A stretch of DNA of 64,000 nt from Methanocella sp. (GCA_050261115.1 JBLNCY010000010.1:64001-128000); one strand, 5' to 3'. Counted from the stretch's first letter, positions 32,308 through 42,324 are shown. Numbers and translations are program-made. The notes: generated from the sequence alone by a model not told the origin.

Positions 32308-32682
32308 ACTGAGGTCACCCATAGGCACCTGACTACAGTTTGAGACACAATGGAACATTAGGCTGCAAAGGACCTCTGCAGGGTTCTAAAAACACTTTAA
32401 AATCAGCAATAGCCATTAGACATTATAGGTCAAAATGTCTCCTTCAAGCACTAAACGATGCTTAGACTGCTCTACCTCACAGCAGATAAAATGCTTCGGA
32501 ATAGACGAAGTCAGCCGCGGCATAAGCAAAAACAGAAAATGCAACAAAAACCAACCCGCTAACTCCTAAACCCAGCCGTAAATCCCCAAACATACATGCC
32601 ACGAACTCTACAGGGGCGGGGGTTAGGGCACACCTATAATAGGGTGAAAAACCATTGATTGCATACATTAAGCGGATTAAAA

Positions 32683-33012
32683 ATGACTGAACAACCAAAC
32701 CAGAATAGTCCATCCCACGTTGAAAAACTTTTAATCGACAACCCCGAGAATTTCCCGTTCCATGCCGCGTACCTTGTTTATGCAGAAGCATTTGACAAGG
32801 CGCGTGATAATCAATCTAAAATTGAGTTGAACCAAAACATCAAGGACCTAAGCGAGGGCAAAATCAGTTCTGAAGTCTTCTACAGCAATGTATCTCGCTT
32901 CCGCAAGATTGATGTGCCCCGTCAAGAACGCTTCTCAATGCAGACTCAACGTAAAAAGGATTGGCGTAAGAAAGAGCAACGGCAAGATCGCATAAAGCGC
33001 CATAAAAAATAA
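32683..33012 (+). CDS. Hypothetical protein with basic C-terminus
   Basis: 109-aa ORF from ATG 32683 followed by a T-rich tract. Confidence 0.65.
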   Translation: MTEQPNQNSPSHVEKLLIDNPENFPFHAAYLVYAEAFDKARDNQSKIELNQNIKDLSEGKISSEVFYSNVSRFRKIDVPRQERFSMQTQRKKDWRKKEQRQDRIKRHKK

Positions 33013-33064
33013 TCTTTTTCTTAACTTTCTTATCATAGTTTATGCATAGTCTTTCTAGGTTTGT

Positions 33065-33391
33065 ATGGTTCGTATATGGGCGGTTCCCGTTGGCGAACTT
33101 GACCGTCAGCATCTTTTAGGCGAACATGCAGAGCTCCACTGTATAGTAGGCGCACTGCAGGGTAAATACAAAGCCTACAGACGCCATCCTGAAACGTTGC
33201 GCTTTGAGAACCGCATTGAGCAACTCTACGATCGCCACAATCATCAAGTTCAAGAGATGACCCGCCGAGGCTATAAGCACAACTCACCGATAAACGGAGC
33301 CCCCCAACCCTACATTTATCTACCCGAAGAGTACTGGCGAGACCACCAAGAACTCCTCAAACGCCAATGCCAAACCCAAACAACATTTTAA
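33065..33391 (+). CDS. Pyrimidine-dimer DNA glycosylase / T4 endonuclease V family
   Basis: MVRIW..ELDRQHLLGEHAELH aligns with T4 DenV MTRIN..ELADQHLMAEYREL; HPET, EMTRRGY. Confidence 0.85.
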   Translation: MVRIWAVPVGELDRQHLLGEHAELHCIVGALQGKYKAYRRHPETLRFENRIEQLYDRHNHQVQEMTRRGYKHNSPINGAPQPYIYLPEEYWRDHQELLKRQCQTQTTF

Positions 33392-33490
33392 TGGTCTGTC
33401 GCCTGTTTAAACGTGTTTAAACCTTATATACGGAATACTTAAACACTCGAGCTTGTCACAAAATGTAACTCAAAAATAAAGAGGCTACCG

Positions 33491-34228
33491 TTGAAGTTGC
33501 AACTAAAAACCATAGATGTCGTCGTTATCGGTATTAGTGCAGCGTTATATGCTGTATTTGGGATTTTAACTGCGGGCTTTAGTTTTTTGGGCGTAGGATT
33601 TTTACCTGCTGTGGTAATTCCTGCCGTGTTCGCGGCGTTGTATGGGCCCTGGGTGGGCGGTTTTGGTGCGGCAATTGGTATTTTCATCCGGGATATGGTG
33701 GTTCATGGGAACGCGGGGTTGAGTCTCGTTGCGGGTGTTCCGCCTAACTTTATTGTTTTCTTCATTATTGGTTACTTTGCGTTTAGAAGCATTAGCCTCA
33801 AGCAGACCATGGCAGGTATAGTTGTTGCTGCAGTTGGTCTTTTGGTTCCAACTTTGATTTTTCTTCCCGACTTTTTGGCTTATACTGGCTTATCTCTTGA
33901 AGTTTTTATGTCTACTTTCGTGTTAACAGTTATCCTTAGTTTAGCAGTTATTGGTATAGTGTCTGTTAGGTATAAGGAGTGGCGAAGCTACGCTGTTGGA
34001 GCTGTATTTGGGCAAATTTTGGGTGCGGCACTGCTCTCAGTTATCGTAGTAGCGGTCAGCCCACTCTTTCTCACATACTTCACGGAGGCCCTGCCTGCAT
34101 GGGTCATAATTCCCTTGTTTGTCTGGACATTTGCAACTGAGGTGCCATTTGTGTTGCTTTTGGGACCGCCAATTATAAAAGCAGCAAACCGAGCATTTCC
34201 GTCGTTGAGGCGAAATCGACGCCAGTGA
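33491..34228 (+). CDS. ECF transporter S component
   Basis: ISAALYAV, LPAVVIPAVFAALYGPWVGGFGAAIGIFIRD. Confidence 0.85.
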   Translation: MKLQLKTIDVVVIGISAALYAVFGILTAGFSFLGVGFLPAVVIPAVFAALYGPWVGGFGAAIGIFIRDMVVHGNAGLSLVAGVPPNFIVFFIIGYFAFRSISLKQTMAGIVVAAVGLLVPTLIFLPDFLAYTGLSLEVFMSTFVLTVILSLAVIGIVSVRYKEWRSYAVGAVFGQILGAALLSVIVVAVSPLFLTYFTEALPAWVIIPLFVWTFATEVPFVLLLGPPIIKAANRAFPSLRRNRRQ

Positions 34229-35166
34229 ACCACGTGACTAAGACTGCTAAAGCATTTGCGCCAGGAGCAATATCTAGCTTCTTCCAAATTCATGACACCC
34301 AAAACGGTCAACCCATAAGCGACCTAACACAGATAGGTGCAATCGGCGGCGGCTTCGGCCTAGAAAAAGGCACCTACACGACCCTAACCGCAGAAGAAGC
34401 CAAAGAAAATAGCCTCACCGTAACCATAAATGGGCAACCAACAGAAGCCAAAACCACCAAACAAGTAATAGACACTCTTCTTGTAAAAACTGACCGAAAA
34501 TACGCAATCTTTGTTGAGCATCAGATTGAGGTTCCGATAGGTATGGGGTTTGGTACTAGCGCAGGCGGAGCCTTAACCACAGGGTTAGCCCTAAGAGAAG
34601 CAATTTCTTTGCCCCTAACCTATAACCAGATCGGGCAAGTGGCGCACGCGGCAGAAATCCAGTGCCTAACCGGGCTTGGCACCGTTAGCTCACTAAACTT
34701 TGGCGGTGGCCTCATATTGGTGACAAAGCCTGGTGCGCCGGGTGTTTGCCAGATTGACCGTATACCGATATCTCCAGAATACGTCGTTGTCGTGGGTTAC
34801 TACAAGTTGCTTATTCCCAAGAAGCCGGTGCTGACTTCTCCCCAGAAAAAGCAGGAAATTAACCAGTATGGCGGAGAAGCCCTCAAAGCCATACTAGAAA
34901 AGCCGAGCCTCAAGAATTTCTTGGAGCAATGCTGGGCATTCTCTGAAAACGCTGGGTTCTCAAACCAAAACATCCGCGCACTATACCGGGCGGCTAAGAA
35001 GGCAGGCGCTGTTGGCGCAGCCCAAAACATGATAGGTGAAGCCGTCCACGCCGTCTGCCACGAGGAAAACGCTGCCTCGGTAGCGGAAGCTTTTAAGCAG
35101 ATACTGCCTACAAATCAAGTATTGGTCAGCAGAATAGATTTTCAGGGCGCTAGGCTGATAAAATGA
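34225..35166 (+). CDS. Pantoate kinase (GHMP family)
   Basis: AFAPGAISSFF, PIGMGFGTSAG, AHAAEI..TGLG, QNMIG. Confidence 0.9.
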   Translation: MNHVTKTAKAFAPGAISSFFQIHDTQNGQPISDLTQIGAIGGGFGLEKGTYTTLTAEEAKENSLTVTINGQPTEAKTTKQVIDTLLVKTDRKYAIFVEHQIEVPIGMGFGTSAGGALTTGLALREAISLPLTYNQIGQVAHAAEIQCLTGLGTVSSLNFGGGLILVTKPGAPGVCQIDRIPISPEYVVVVGYYKLLIPKKPVLTSPQKKQEINQYGGEALKAILEKPSLKNFLEQCWAFSENAGFSNQNIRALYRAAKKAGAVGAAQNMIGEAVHAVCHEENAASVAEAFKQILPTNQVLVSRIDFQGARLIK

Positions 35167-35642
35167 GGCAATTTCGAAAAGTCGCTGTCGGCGGAACCTT
35201 CGATCAACTTCATAAAGGTCACAAAGCTTTATTGAGTAAGGCTTTCGAAGTAGGCGATAGGGTTGCTATCGGTGTGACTTCGGATAGTTTTGTCTCAAAG
35301 CTGGATAAAAAGCATCGAACCGCATCTTTTGAAGACCGTAAACGGGAACTCAGAGCTTACCTTACTGAACAAGGCTTGATGGATAGAGCCGAGATTGTGC
35401 CACTAGATAACTCCTTTGGCTTAACCATTACCAGCCCGGATCTGGACGCCATTGTGGTAAGCCAAGAAACCGAACGCATTGCTAAGATCATTAACTGTAA
35501 ACGTGAAAACTCAGGTAAACCGCCTTTGCAGGTGATTGTGGTGACTATGGTTCCAGCAGAGAACCATTGCCCTATTTCTACAACACGAATCCGCCGCGGC
35601 GAAATTGACCGCAACGGACATTTGCTGCAGCGAACTGCTTAG
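35163..35642 (+). CDS. coaD: Phosphopantetheine adenylyltransferase (archaeal type)
   Basis: VGGTFDQLHKGH, IVVSQET, ISTTRIR. Confidence 0.92.
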   Translation: MRQFRKVAVGGTFDQLHKGHKALLSKAFEVGDRVAIGVTSDSFVSKLDKKHRTASFEDRKRELRAYLTEQGLMDRAEIVPLDNSFGLTITSPDLDAIVVSQETERIAKIINCKRENSGKPPLQVIVVTMVPAENHCPISTTRIRRGEIDRNGHLLQRTA

Positions 35643-36577
35643 AGTATTTCTCCTATAACGTTTATTGGTTTGGGGATAAGGGCTTTTAAGTCGTCGAGGC
35701 GTTCTGGGTCGATTGTGGCTAATACAACCGTTGCTGGCCCCGCAGACTTGTTTAGGTCTAATCCTTTTGGCTCGATGAGTTTTAGTTGTCTGCCAACGCC
35801 GTAAGCCATCATTTTTGCTTCACTGGCGATTCCAAAGCTGCCTACCGCAGCAATGTCATGCACGTACTTTCGCTGGTTAAGTTGTGCGACGTTTTTGAGG
35901 TCTGCGATTTCTCCATGTGCCTCCGCCGCGATGACCTCCATGCCTACTTTTGGTCTACCGATAGCCACGACCAAATCGTTTGGCATAGTTTTACCCAATC
36001 GGAGTTCATCCTCGTTGGCTAGACCCACTACCGTTAAACCTGCGCCTGTCTGCACTGTGGGAAAGTTGTCTTCGGTGTTTTCCATAAGCACTTGATTAGG
36101 GTCTAAACCGATGGTTCTTGCCTCCCGTTTAATACCTTCGCTGATTTCTTTCCCTGTGGGGTCGTTCTCTACGCCCAGTGTTAGCGATAGTAGCAGGGGG
36201 AAGGCGCCGGTTGCTATCACATCCATCAGGGCGACTCTTGCGAGAAATTTTCCTAAGAATTTTCCGTCCACCTTCACTTTGTCAAATTCTTTGGGTCCTA
36301 CTGCGCCGCTGGAGGTGGAACCTGTGACTATGGCGTGTCCTGTGGGCATTTTTAGGATTGATACGTCGCCGTGTCGGGTGTAGCTGATTTGGGCGGGTTT
36401 TACTTGGAAAGCGATGGGGCGTAGCATGGTGCCGACGTTTTCTATTAGGTGCAGGTATATGGTTAGGGCTTGGCGCATGACTTCTGAGCGGGTTAGGCTG
36501 TGCTTTTTTGCAAGTCTGTCTACGTCTTCTAGGACTTTGTCGGGTAAACGGACGTTTATAATATCCAAGAGATTCAC
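35639..36577 (-). CDS. RHH domain fused to an AIR-synthase-fold alpha-ribazole kinase (CblS)-like domain
   Basis: IINVRLPDKVLEDVDRLA..TRSEVMRQAL; GAVGPK..D.V, ARVALMD, GVENDPTG, TEDNFPTVQTGAG. Confidence 0.8.
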   Translation of the reverse strand: MNLLDIINVRLPDKVLEDVDRLAKKHSLTRSEVMRQALTIYLHLIENVGTMLRPIAFQVKPAQISYTRHGDVSILKMPTGHAIVTGSTSSGAVGPKEFDKVKVDGKFLGKFLARVALMDVIATGAFPLLLSLTLGVENDPTGKEISEGIKREARTIGLDPNQVLMENTEDNFPTVQTGAGLTVVGLANEDELRLGKTMPNDLVVAIGRPKVGMEVIAAEAHGEIADLKNVAQLNQRKYVHDIAAVGSFGIASEAKMMAYGVGRQLKLIEPKGLDLNKSAGPATVVLATIDPERLDDLKALIPKPINVIGEIL

Positions 36578-36578
36578 T

Positions 36579-36596
36579 GTGCTACATTTGTAGCAC
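36579..36596. promoter_or_regulatory. Perfect palindrome GTGCTACA-TT-TGTAGCAC, candidate operator
   Basis: 8-bp arms, 2-nt spacer, directly upstream of the RHH fusion gene. Confidence 0.65.
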
Positions 36597-36648
36597 TAGG
36601 CGATTTATTGTTTACCAAAAACCCTCAAAAACAGCAGGCGACAAAGAA

Positions 36649-36703
36649 GGGTTCAACCCGTGGTTGACTCTATATATGGAGGGGGTAGGTCGGCAAAGCA
36701 ACA
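36649..36703 (+). repeat. Dispersed intergenic repeat, copy 4
   Basis: GGGTTCAACCCGTGGTTGACTCTATATATGGAGGGGGTAGGTCGGCAAAGCAACA. Confidence 0.85.
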
Positions 36704-36807
36704 AGCAACCGCATAATCTCTAGATACGCAGCATAAAAAACAAACATACAGCCAAACGGGAAATCAAAACAAAGAACAGAAAAAACAAAGGGGAAAGAGG
36801 GGGGGTC

Positions 36808-38484
36808 TTAGCGGTAAAATGCTAAGAATCCGCCGAAGCGTGTCCAACTAAACCAGGACCAGAAGTGGTGGATGAAGCGGTAGACTATTTGTGGGACTGG
36901 CGATGGTGGCTCAGCGGGTATAGGCGTGGGTGTAGGTTGTTTTGTTGGTTCTGGTGTGGGTGACTTGGTTGGTGTTGGTTTGGTTGTGGGGGTTGGTGTA
37001 GCTGTTGGAGTTGGGGTTGGGGTGGCGGTTGGTGCTGGAGTGGGAGTAGCTGTTGGTGTTGGGGTTGGTGTTGCTGTAGGTTTAGGTGTGGGGGTTGCAG
37101 TCGGGGTTGGGGTTGGAGTTGCGGTCGGTGTGGGGGTCGGAGTTGCAGTTGGGGCTGGGGTTGGAGTCACGTTTGGGGTTGATGGCGCTTGGTATGCGTT
37201 AATGAAGTGTTGCCCCATGGTGTTTGGTGTGTATCCACTGGTTAGCATGGATTGCCCAACGTATACTCCGCCTAAGCCTGCTTCGCTTAGCCAGTAGTAG
37301 GCGCCGGCGCCGATGTTTAGGTCACGTTGTGCCAATAGTAGGTTCTTCCACCAAGTGTAATCGTTTTGCTTGTTTGGGGAAGATAACAAGCATGAGCCTT
37401 CTTCGTTGGCTACTAGTGGAGCGGTAACGCCCATGCTGTTTATTGCGGTTTGTAGCTGCGCTTTGATTCCTGCATAGTCTTTTGCCCAGTAGCTGCTAAG
37501 ATCGCTTGGTGCATAGTAGTAGAAGTGGGTTGTGTAGACTAGGTTGGTTGCTCCTGGGATTGCGTCGGCGATTTGTTTGCACCAGTTTAGTGTGTTGCCG
37601 TATCCGTTGGGGAACCAGCCCATGCGCCATTGCATCATGATCAAGTGGTTTGAGCCTGTGCCGCGGATGGCGTTGTACATTGTTTTTAGATAGGTCATGT
37701 AGCTTGATGGGATGGGGTCAACGTCGCTGCCGAGGTTTGGTTCGTTCCATGCTTCAAAGATTACGTTGGGGTAGTCTTTTAGAGTTGTTGCCATGTCTGC
37801 CCAGAACCACTGCCAAAAGCCTACTTCGTTGTTGCCATAGCCAGCGTCTTGGAGGAATCGGGTTGCTGATGCATCCCAGCCGGAAAGGGGCATGCCTTGC
37901 CAGCCAAAGTTGCTGGTTACGTATGGGTCGCGGTCGAAGCTGGCTGAGGAGGGGGTTAGCATATAGGGGACTATGTCGACGTAGATTCCGTATTTACCGG
38001 CTTCTTCGCAGAGCGTCTTCATGTAAGCTTTGATGCTTATGGGGGTGGTTTGACTGCTGTAGGATGAGCTTTCCTGTGATGGTGCAATGTTGTCTCTGTA
38101 CCACCAGCTTGGGAACATGAATACGCGTATGGCGTTTATTTTCCAGTCGTTTTTCATGACTTCAAAGGTGTCGCGCATTACTCCAGTGGGGTTGTAGTTC
38201 CATTGGACGCCCCAGTTGTCGCCGCCACCTTTGCCCCAGAGGATTAGGTCTGGCGCAAAGCCTGCAATGCCCATGCTCCGAAGGTAAACAGTGTTTCCAT
38301 CTGCATCGAGTATGTATGATCCTTGGGTATGAAGGGGTGATATCGTCGCTGCCTGCGCTGGCTGCACGGTGAGCACTGATAGCATGCTGATGACAAACAA
38401 TGCACTCATCGCAATCGCAAGGGGTTTTGCGGCCCTTTTGAAGTGTAAGGGGTGCAGTAGTCTTTCGATTTTTTTTGCGTTCAA
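36808..38484 (-). CDS. Secreted glycoside hydrolase family 5 with Pro/Thr linker
   Basis: Signal peptide, [20 protein letters not shown] acid/base, HFY, ANEEG nucleophile. Confidence 0.88.
   Translation of the reverse strand: MNAKKIERLLHPLHFKRAAKPLAIAMSALFVISMLSVLTVQPAQAATISPLHTQGSYILDADGNTVYLRSMGIAGFAPDLILWGKGGGDNWGVQWNYNPTGVMRDTFEVMKNDWKINAIRVFMFPSWWYRDNIAPSQESSSYSSQTTPISIKAYMKTLCEEAGKYGIYVDIVPYMLTPSSASFDRDPYVTSNFGWQGMPLSGWDASATRFLQDAGYGNNEVGFWQWFWADMATTLKDYPNVIFEAWNEPNLGSDVDPIPSSYMTYLKTMYNAIRGTGSNHLIMMQWRMGWFPNGYGNTLNWCKQIADAIPGATNLVYTTHFYYYAPSDLSSYWAKDYAGIKAQLQTAINSMGVTAPLVANEEGSCLLSSPNKQNDYTWWKNLLLAQRDLNIGAGAYYWLSEAGLGGVYVGQSMLTSGYTPNTMGQHFINAYQAPSTPNVTPTPAPTATPTPTPTATPTPTPTATPTPKPTATPTPTPTATPTPAPTATPTPTPTATPTPTTKPTPTKSPTPEPTKQPTPTPIPAEPPSPVPQIVYRFIHHFWSWFSWTRFGGFLAFYR
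36920..37175 (-). repeat. Coding tandem repeat for PTATPTPT linker
   Basis: Degenerate 24-nt unit encoding TPTPTPTA repeats. Confidence 0.9.
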
Positions 38485-38781
38485 GTTAGTTCTCTCTCTT
38501 CCTGATTTTTAGGCATCCTATCGATAGGATCTATTTTATTGTTTTTTGAAAACGCCAATCCGCTAACTTGTAAAGTTGGCTGTTGGTTTTGCGAAGTGCA
38601 GTTAACAAAGCCATAAGGGGGCGGAAACGCAGCTGCTTAAGAAATAATTTGGTGCTTGCTCGGTTGTTTGATATGCAACCGATTTAGTGCTTGCATGATT
38701 AAAATCCATCAAAAGCGGCTAAATTATCCAAGATATGCAACAGTATGTATTGCCCCTAAAAAGAAGGGGTAACCCTGAGGG

Positions 38782-40050
38782 TTATTTTTTCTTTAGTTCT
38801 TCAAGGATTTCTTTAGCTCGGGCAACGTTAACTTTGCGTTCCTTTACCATCTGCGCCGCGACAGCCTCAATCAGTTCACCAGTTGCGCCAGCAGTCACCG
38901 CAATGTTTCTAGAGTGCAGAGACATATGCCCACGTTGGATACCTTCGCTTGCCAATGCCCTGAGTGCAGCTAGGTTCTGTGCTAAACCAACTGCCGCTAG
39001 GACTTCTCCGAATTCGTTCGCTGACTTAACCGATAGAATTTTCATGCATATGCGTGCGATGGGGTGGGTTTTTACGGCGCCGCCGATTAAGCCGATCGCC
39101 ATGGGTAACTCAATTGAGCCTTCTAAGTCGCCGTTAGCGTTCATGACCCATTTTGAGAAGGTTGTGTAGGGACCGTTTAGTGCGGCATAGGCGTGTCCGC
39201 CTGCTTCGATGGCGCGGTGGTCGTTACCGGTGGCAAGCACGACTGCTATGATGCCGTTCATGGCGCCCTTGTTGTGGGTTGCAGCGCGGTAGGGATCAGC
39301 CGCCGCGAAAGCCGAAGCATATGCGATGCCCTCGACGATTTCTTCGCCGCCTATTGCCTCTTTTGGCACGACGCAGGTTGCTTTGACGAGGCGCTTAACA
39401 GCCAAGTTAGAAATGATTCTCAGATATACGCGGCCGCCGGTGAGTTCTTCAATCATGGGTGCGACGGCTTCAGCCATAGTGTTGACCGCATTGGCGCCCA
39501 TTGCGTCGCGGCAGTCCACATAGAGATGAACGATAAGCATTTGCCCCATAGTGGTGTCGATAATTCGGGCATCTAGGTCTTTTGCGCCTCCGCCGAACTG
39601 GTTGAGGATGGGATCCTGCTCGTTGGCCTTTTTGAGAATACGCTCTTTTGCTTCCATTACGGCTTTCTGGGCTGATGCTGCATTTGGGAGTTTAGCGACT
39701 TGGATTTGGCCAATCATAATAGGCGCGGTGCTGCTTGTTTGGAAGCCTCCTCCTTCACGCACCATCTTTGCTGCGTTTGAAGCGGCGGCGATGACGCTGG
39801 GCTCCTCGGTGGCCATCGGGATAAGGTAGTCTTTACCGTTTATCTTGAAATTGACGGCTACGCCGAGGGGTTCGGGGAAGACGCCGATAACGTTTTCCAC
39901 CATGCGGTCGGCTACATCGAGGGGTAGACTGCAGGATTGTTGAAGAAGAGCTGCTTCTTCGGGGGTTAATTCTGCGAGGTCGGTGATTATTTTGAGGCGT
40001 TCTTGGGGTGATAGTTTGTAGAAGCCTGAGATAACTGATGACTTAGCCAT
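38782..40050 (-). CDS. mvaA: HMG-CoA reductase, class II
   Basis: ENVIG, ATEEPSVIAA, DAMGAN, THNKG, GHMSLH. Confidence 0.95.
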   Translation of the reverse strand: MAKSSVISGFYKLSPQERLKIITDLAELTPEEAALLQQSCSLPLDVADRMVENVIGVFPEPLGVAVNFKINGKDYLIPMATEEPSVIAAASNAAKMVREGGGFQTSSTAPIMIGQIQVAKLPNAASAQKAVMEAKERILKKANEQDPILNQFGGGAKDLDARIIDTTMGQMLIVHLYVDCRDAMGANAVNTMAEAVAPMIEELTGGRVYLRIISNLAVKRLVKATCVVPKEAIGGEEIVEGIAYASAFAAADPYRAATHNKGAMNGIIAVVLATGNDHRAIEAGGHAYAALNGPYTTFSKWVMNANGDLEGSIELPMAIGLIGGAVKTHPIARICMKILSVKSANEFGEVLAAVGLAQNLAALRALASEGIQRGHMSLHSRNIAVTAGATGELIEAVAAQMVKERKVNVARAKEILEELKKK

Positions 40051-40141
40051 ATCGATCACGCTGCAATCAAGTTCGGTTTTGCGCTATTAAACTTAGCTAA
40101 AAAATGAAAGAAATATGTCAGCCTGTTTAGGTTGCTGTGCC

Positions 40142-41599
40142 TTATCGTGTTAGCCAGCCGTTCTTTTTAAATCCCCATATCGCGGGGAACAATACCCATG
40201 GGAGCACTAACGCTGACATTAGATTCATGATGGGCTTGTATGTCCAGTGTTTTGCTGTTGGATCCCTGAATTTGTAGTCTAATCCCATGACTAGTCCGAT
40301 CAGCATTTGCCCTGCCAAATAAGTGACCGGGTACAAGTATGAATGGAGAACGATTGGTCCCCAGATGAATATGGAGAAGATTATGGCTGGAGCTATAAAG
40401 ACCGACATGAATTCCAAATAGAACAGCAAAGCCATGATCGGGTTCTTGCGCCAGAAAAATGCGCTCATAAAAAAGGTTGAGCGTAGGTACCCTTTCTTCC
40501 AGCGGGTTTGCTGCCGAATGTAGGTCCGCAAGTTTTCTGGTACGTCGGTGTAAACGACTGCTGTGGGCGCATAGACTGTTTCCCATTCTACTGCTATGGC
40601 TTGTGTGGTTAATGCGCGGTCTTCTGCATCGTCATAGCTTGCCATGGAAGCTAACATATGGGTCTTTAGGGGTGCTAATTGCCCCTTGGCCCAGGGCGTC
40701 GCAATAGCGTATGTTGTGAGGTTTCGGTCGTCGCCATATTGGATTTTATCGTTAGCCCATATGCTTACAAATTTGCTTATGGCTTCCCGTCGGTAAGCGG
40801 CTAAACAGCCCGACAAGCATAGTACCGTGCCAAAGAAGCTTTCGGAGGATTTACAGACGTTGAAGGAGTAGTCGTACCAAACGTCTTGGCATCGGGTTAG
40901 AAAGTTCTTGTCTGCATTTAGGACTTTGCCGTTTCCAACTATACCGCCAACCTTGGGGTTTGCGGCAAAGACCTTCATAAACTCCTCGATCGCATACTTA
41001 TCCACGATGCTGTCAGAGTCGATTAGCACTACAAAGTCGCCTCTTGCTGCGTAGAAACCAGTGGCGACGGCGGTCCGTTTTCCACCATTTGGTTTATGGA
41101 TTACTCTAAGGCGGGGATTTTTCTGTGCTAATGTGTCGAGGACTTTTGCGGTGTTGTCTTTGCTGCCATCGTTGACGGCTACGATTTCGAGGTTTCGATA
41201 TGACGAGCTGGAGACTGCTTTCACGACTTTTTCGATTAGGTTCTCTTGGTTATAAACGGGGATAATTACTGATACTAAGTCGTCTGGGGTTTTTCCTGTT
41301 GCTCTATTTTTAAAAAAGACCCAGCCCGTGACTAGAACTATCAAGGCGTGGATAGGCATCAACGTGGAATATACGATTAAGGGGTCTCCGACCGACAACG
41401 CGATTGCCGTGTTGAAGGCCAAAAAAGCGGTTAAACCTACAAGCATAAGCGCCCTAAGCACCCAAGCCTTTTTGCTAACAAAAATACGGCCGCTATTAGC
41501 AATCCGCTGCTTACAATGTCCACTTGCCTTTTCCTGTTCTTGGGGTGCCTCTATGCCATCTAATCGCAGTTCAGCGGCTGGTATCTGAATTTGCTCCAT
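40142..41599 (-). CDS. Processive GT2 polysaccharide synthase, hyaluronan synthase/NodC-like
   Basis: NDGSKD, NGGKR, DSD, CLSGCLAAYR, GDDR, QQTRWKKG, N- and C-terminal TM helices. Confidence 0.9.
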   Translation of the reverse strand: MEQIQIPAAELRLDGIEAPQEQEKASGHCKQRIANSGRIFVSKKAWVLRALMLVGLTAFLAFNTAIALSVGDPLIVYSTLMPIHALIVLVTGWVFFKNRATGKTPDDLVSVIIPVYNQENLIEKVVKAVSSSSYRNLEIVAVNDGSKDNTAKVLDTLAQKNPRLRVIHKPNGGKRTAVATGFYAARGDFVVLIDSDSIVDKYAIEEFMKVFAANPKVGGIVGNGKVLNADKNFLTRCQDVWYDYSFNVCKSSESFFGTVLCLSGCLAAYRREAISKFVSIWANDKIQYGDDRNLTTYAIATPWAKGQLAPLKTHMLASMASYDDAEDRALTTQAIAVEWETVYAPTAVVYTDVPENLRTYIRQQTRWKKGYLRSTFFMSAFFWRKNPIMALLFYLEFMSVFIAPAIIFSIFIWGPIVLHSYLYPVTYLAGQMLIGLVMGLDYKFRDPTAKHWTYKPIMNLMSALVLPWVLFPAIWGFKKNGWLTR

Positions 41600-41601
41600 T
41601 C

Positions 41602-42324
41602 TTATGCCTCCTGCACTGTCAAGTCAAGTCCTGTTAGCTGAGAAGCGTTAACGAACTCGAAGTCCCCGTGGGTAAGTGTGGACAAGTAGGTTTGGATGGC
41701 ATCGGTTGGGATGTTGTTGTTGAATTGTAGGATAATGGGCTGTAGTGTTCTTGTGCCTTCTATGTATTCGGGAGTATGGTTGGATGCGTCAAAAACAAGG
41801 GCGGGGTATTTGATGAATTGCCCGTTTTGGTAGACGTTGTAGTGGTCGGTGTAGGAGAAGTCTGCATATATCCCTGAGCGGCCCAGAAGAGAAAATATGT
41901 CTTCGTCGGTGGCGCCGTTTGTTGCTTGAAAGGCCTTGCTGTTGAAGTTGCCGGCTTTGTCTACTGCGGCTTTGCCGTTCTGTACCTCTTGGAGTTTAAG
42001 GGTGTAATCTGTATAGTCGGTTAGGTTTTTGTTGCTGTAGGGTTGGTTTCCGATGTCAACTTTTTCGCCGAAGCAGGTTACGATTTGGGGGTATTGTTCT
42101 GCTATTTTGCCGGCTACAAAAACGGTTGCGGGCAAATCGTAGCTGTTTAGTATGGATGTGAGGTTTTGGCACCACTCAGTTGCGCCGTGAGGGTTTGTGA
42201 CTGAGAAGGTTAGCATTATGCGTTTGTCGACGTTTTCGGGTTTAAAGAAAAGGGGGCTTATCATCGCTGCCCCTACTACTATGACTATAACGGTAGCGAT
42301 TGTGGCCGCTGTCTTCAGTTTCAC
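41602..42324 (-). CDS. Membrane-anchored NodB-type polysaccharide deacetylase homologue, catalytic motifs degenerate
   Basis: IMLTFSV, PATVFVAG, IGNQPYSN in place of TFDDG and HxxxH. Confidence 0.7.
   Translation of the reverse strand: MKLKTAATIATVIVIVVGAAMISPLFFKPENVDKRIMLTFSVTNPHGATEWCQNLTSILNSYDLPATVFVAGKIAEQYPQIVTCFGEKVDIGNQPYSNKNLTDYTDYTLKLQEVQNGKAAVDKAGNFNSKAFQATNGATDEDIFSLLGRSGIYADFSYTDHYNVYQNGQFIKYPALVFDASNHTPEYIEGTRTLQPIILQFNNNIPTDAIQTYLSTLTHGDFEFVNASQLTGLDLTVQEA

Noticed and set aside
32605-32640. ACTCTACAGGGGCGGGGGTTAGGGCA as a seventh repeat copy
   Set aside because: Lacks the TATATA core; the similarity could be chance and needs HMM scoring
32477-32791. 104-aa minus-strand ORF with hydrophobic tail
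   Set aside because: Overlaps a better + strand gene, has no motif, and lies in low-complexity strand-biased DNA
36926-37297. Val/Gly-rich ORF on + strand
   Set aside because: Antisense shadow of the GH5 Pro/Thr linker
38560-38600. GCTAACT..AGTT similarity between the GH5 and polysaccharide-operon (43386) upstream regions
   Set aside because: Spacing differs and the match is too weak; no c-di-GMP/c-di-AMP riboswitch consensus
38782-40050. Bacterial-type class II HMG-CoA reductase as a novelty
   Set aside because: Already well known in archaea such as Archaeoglobus
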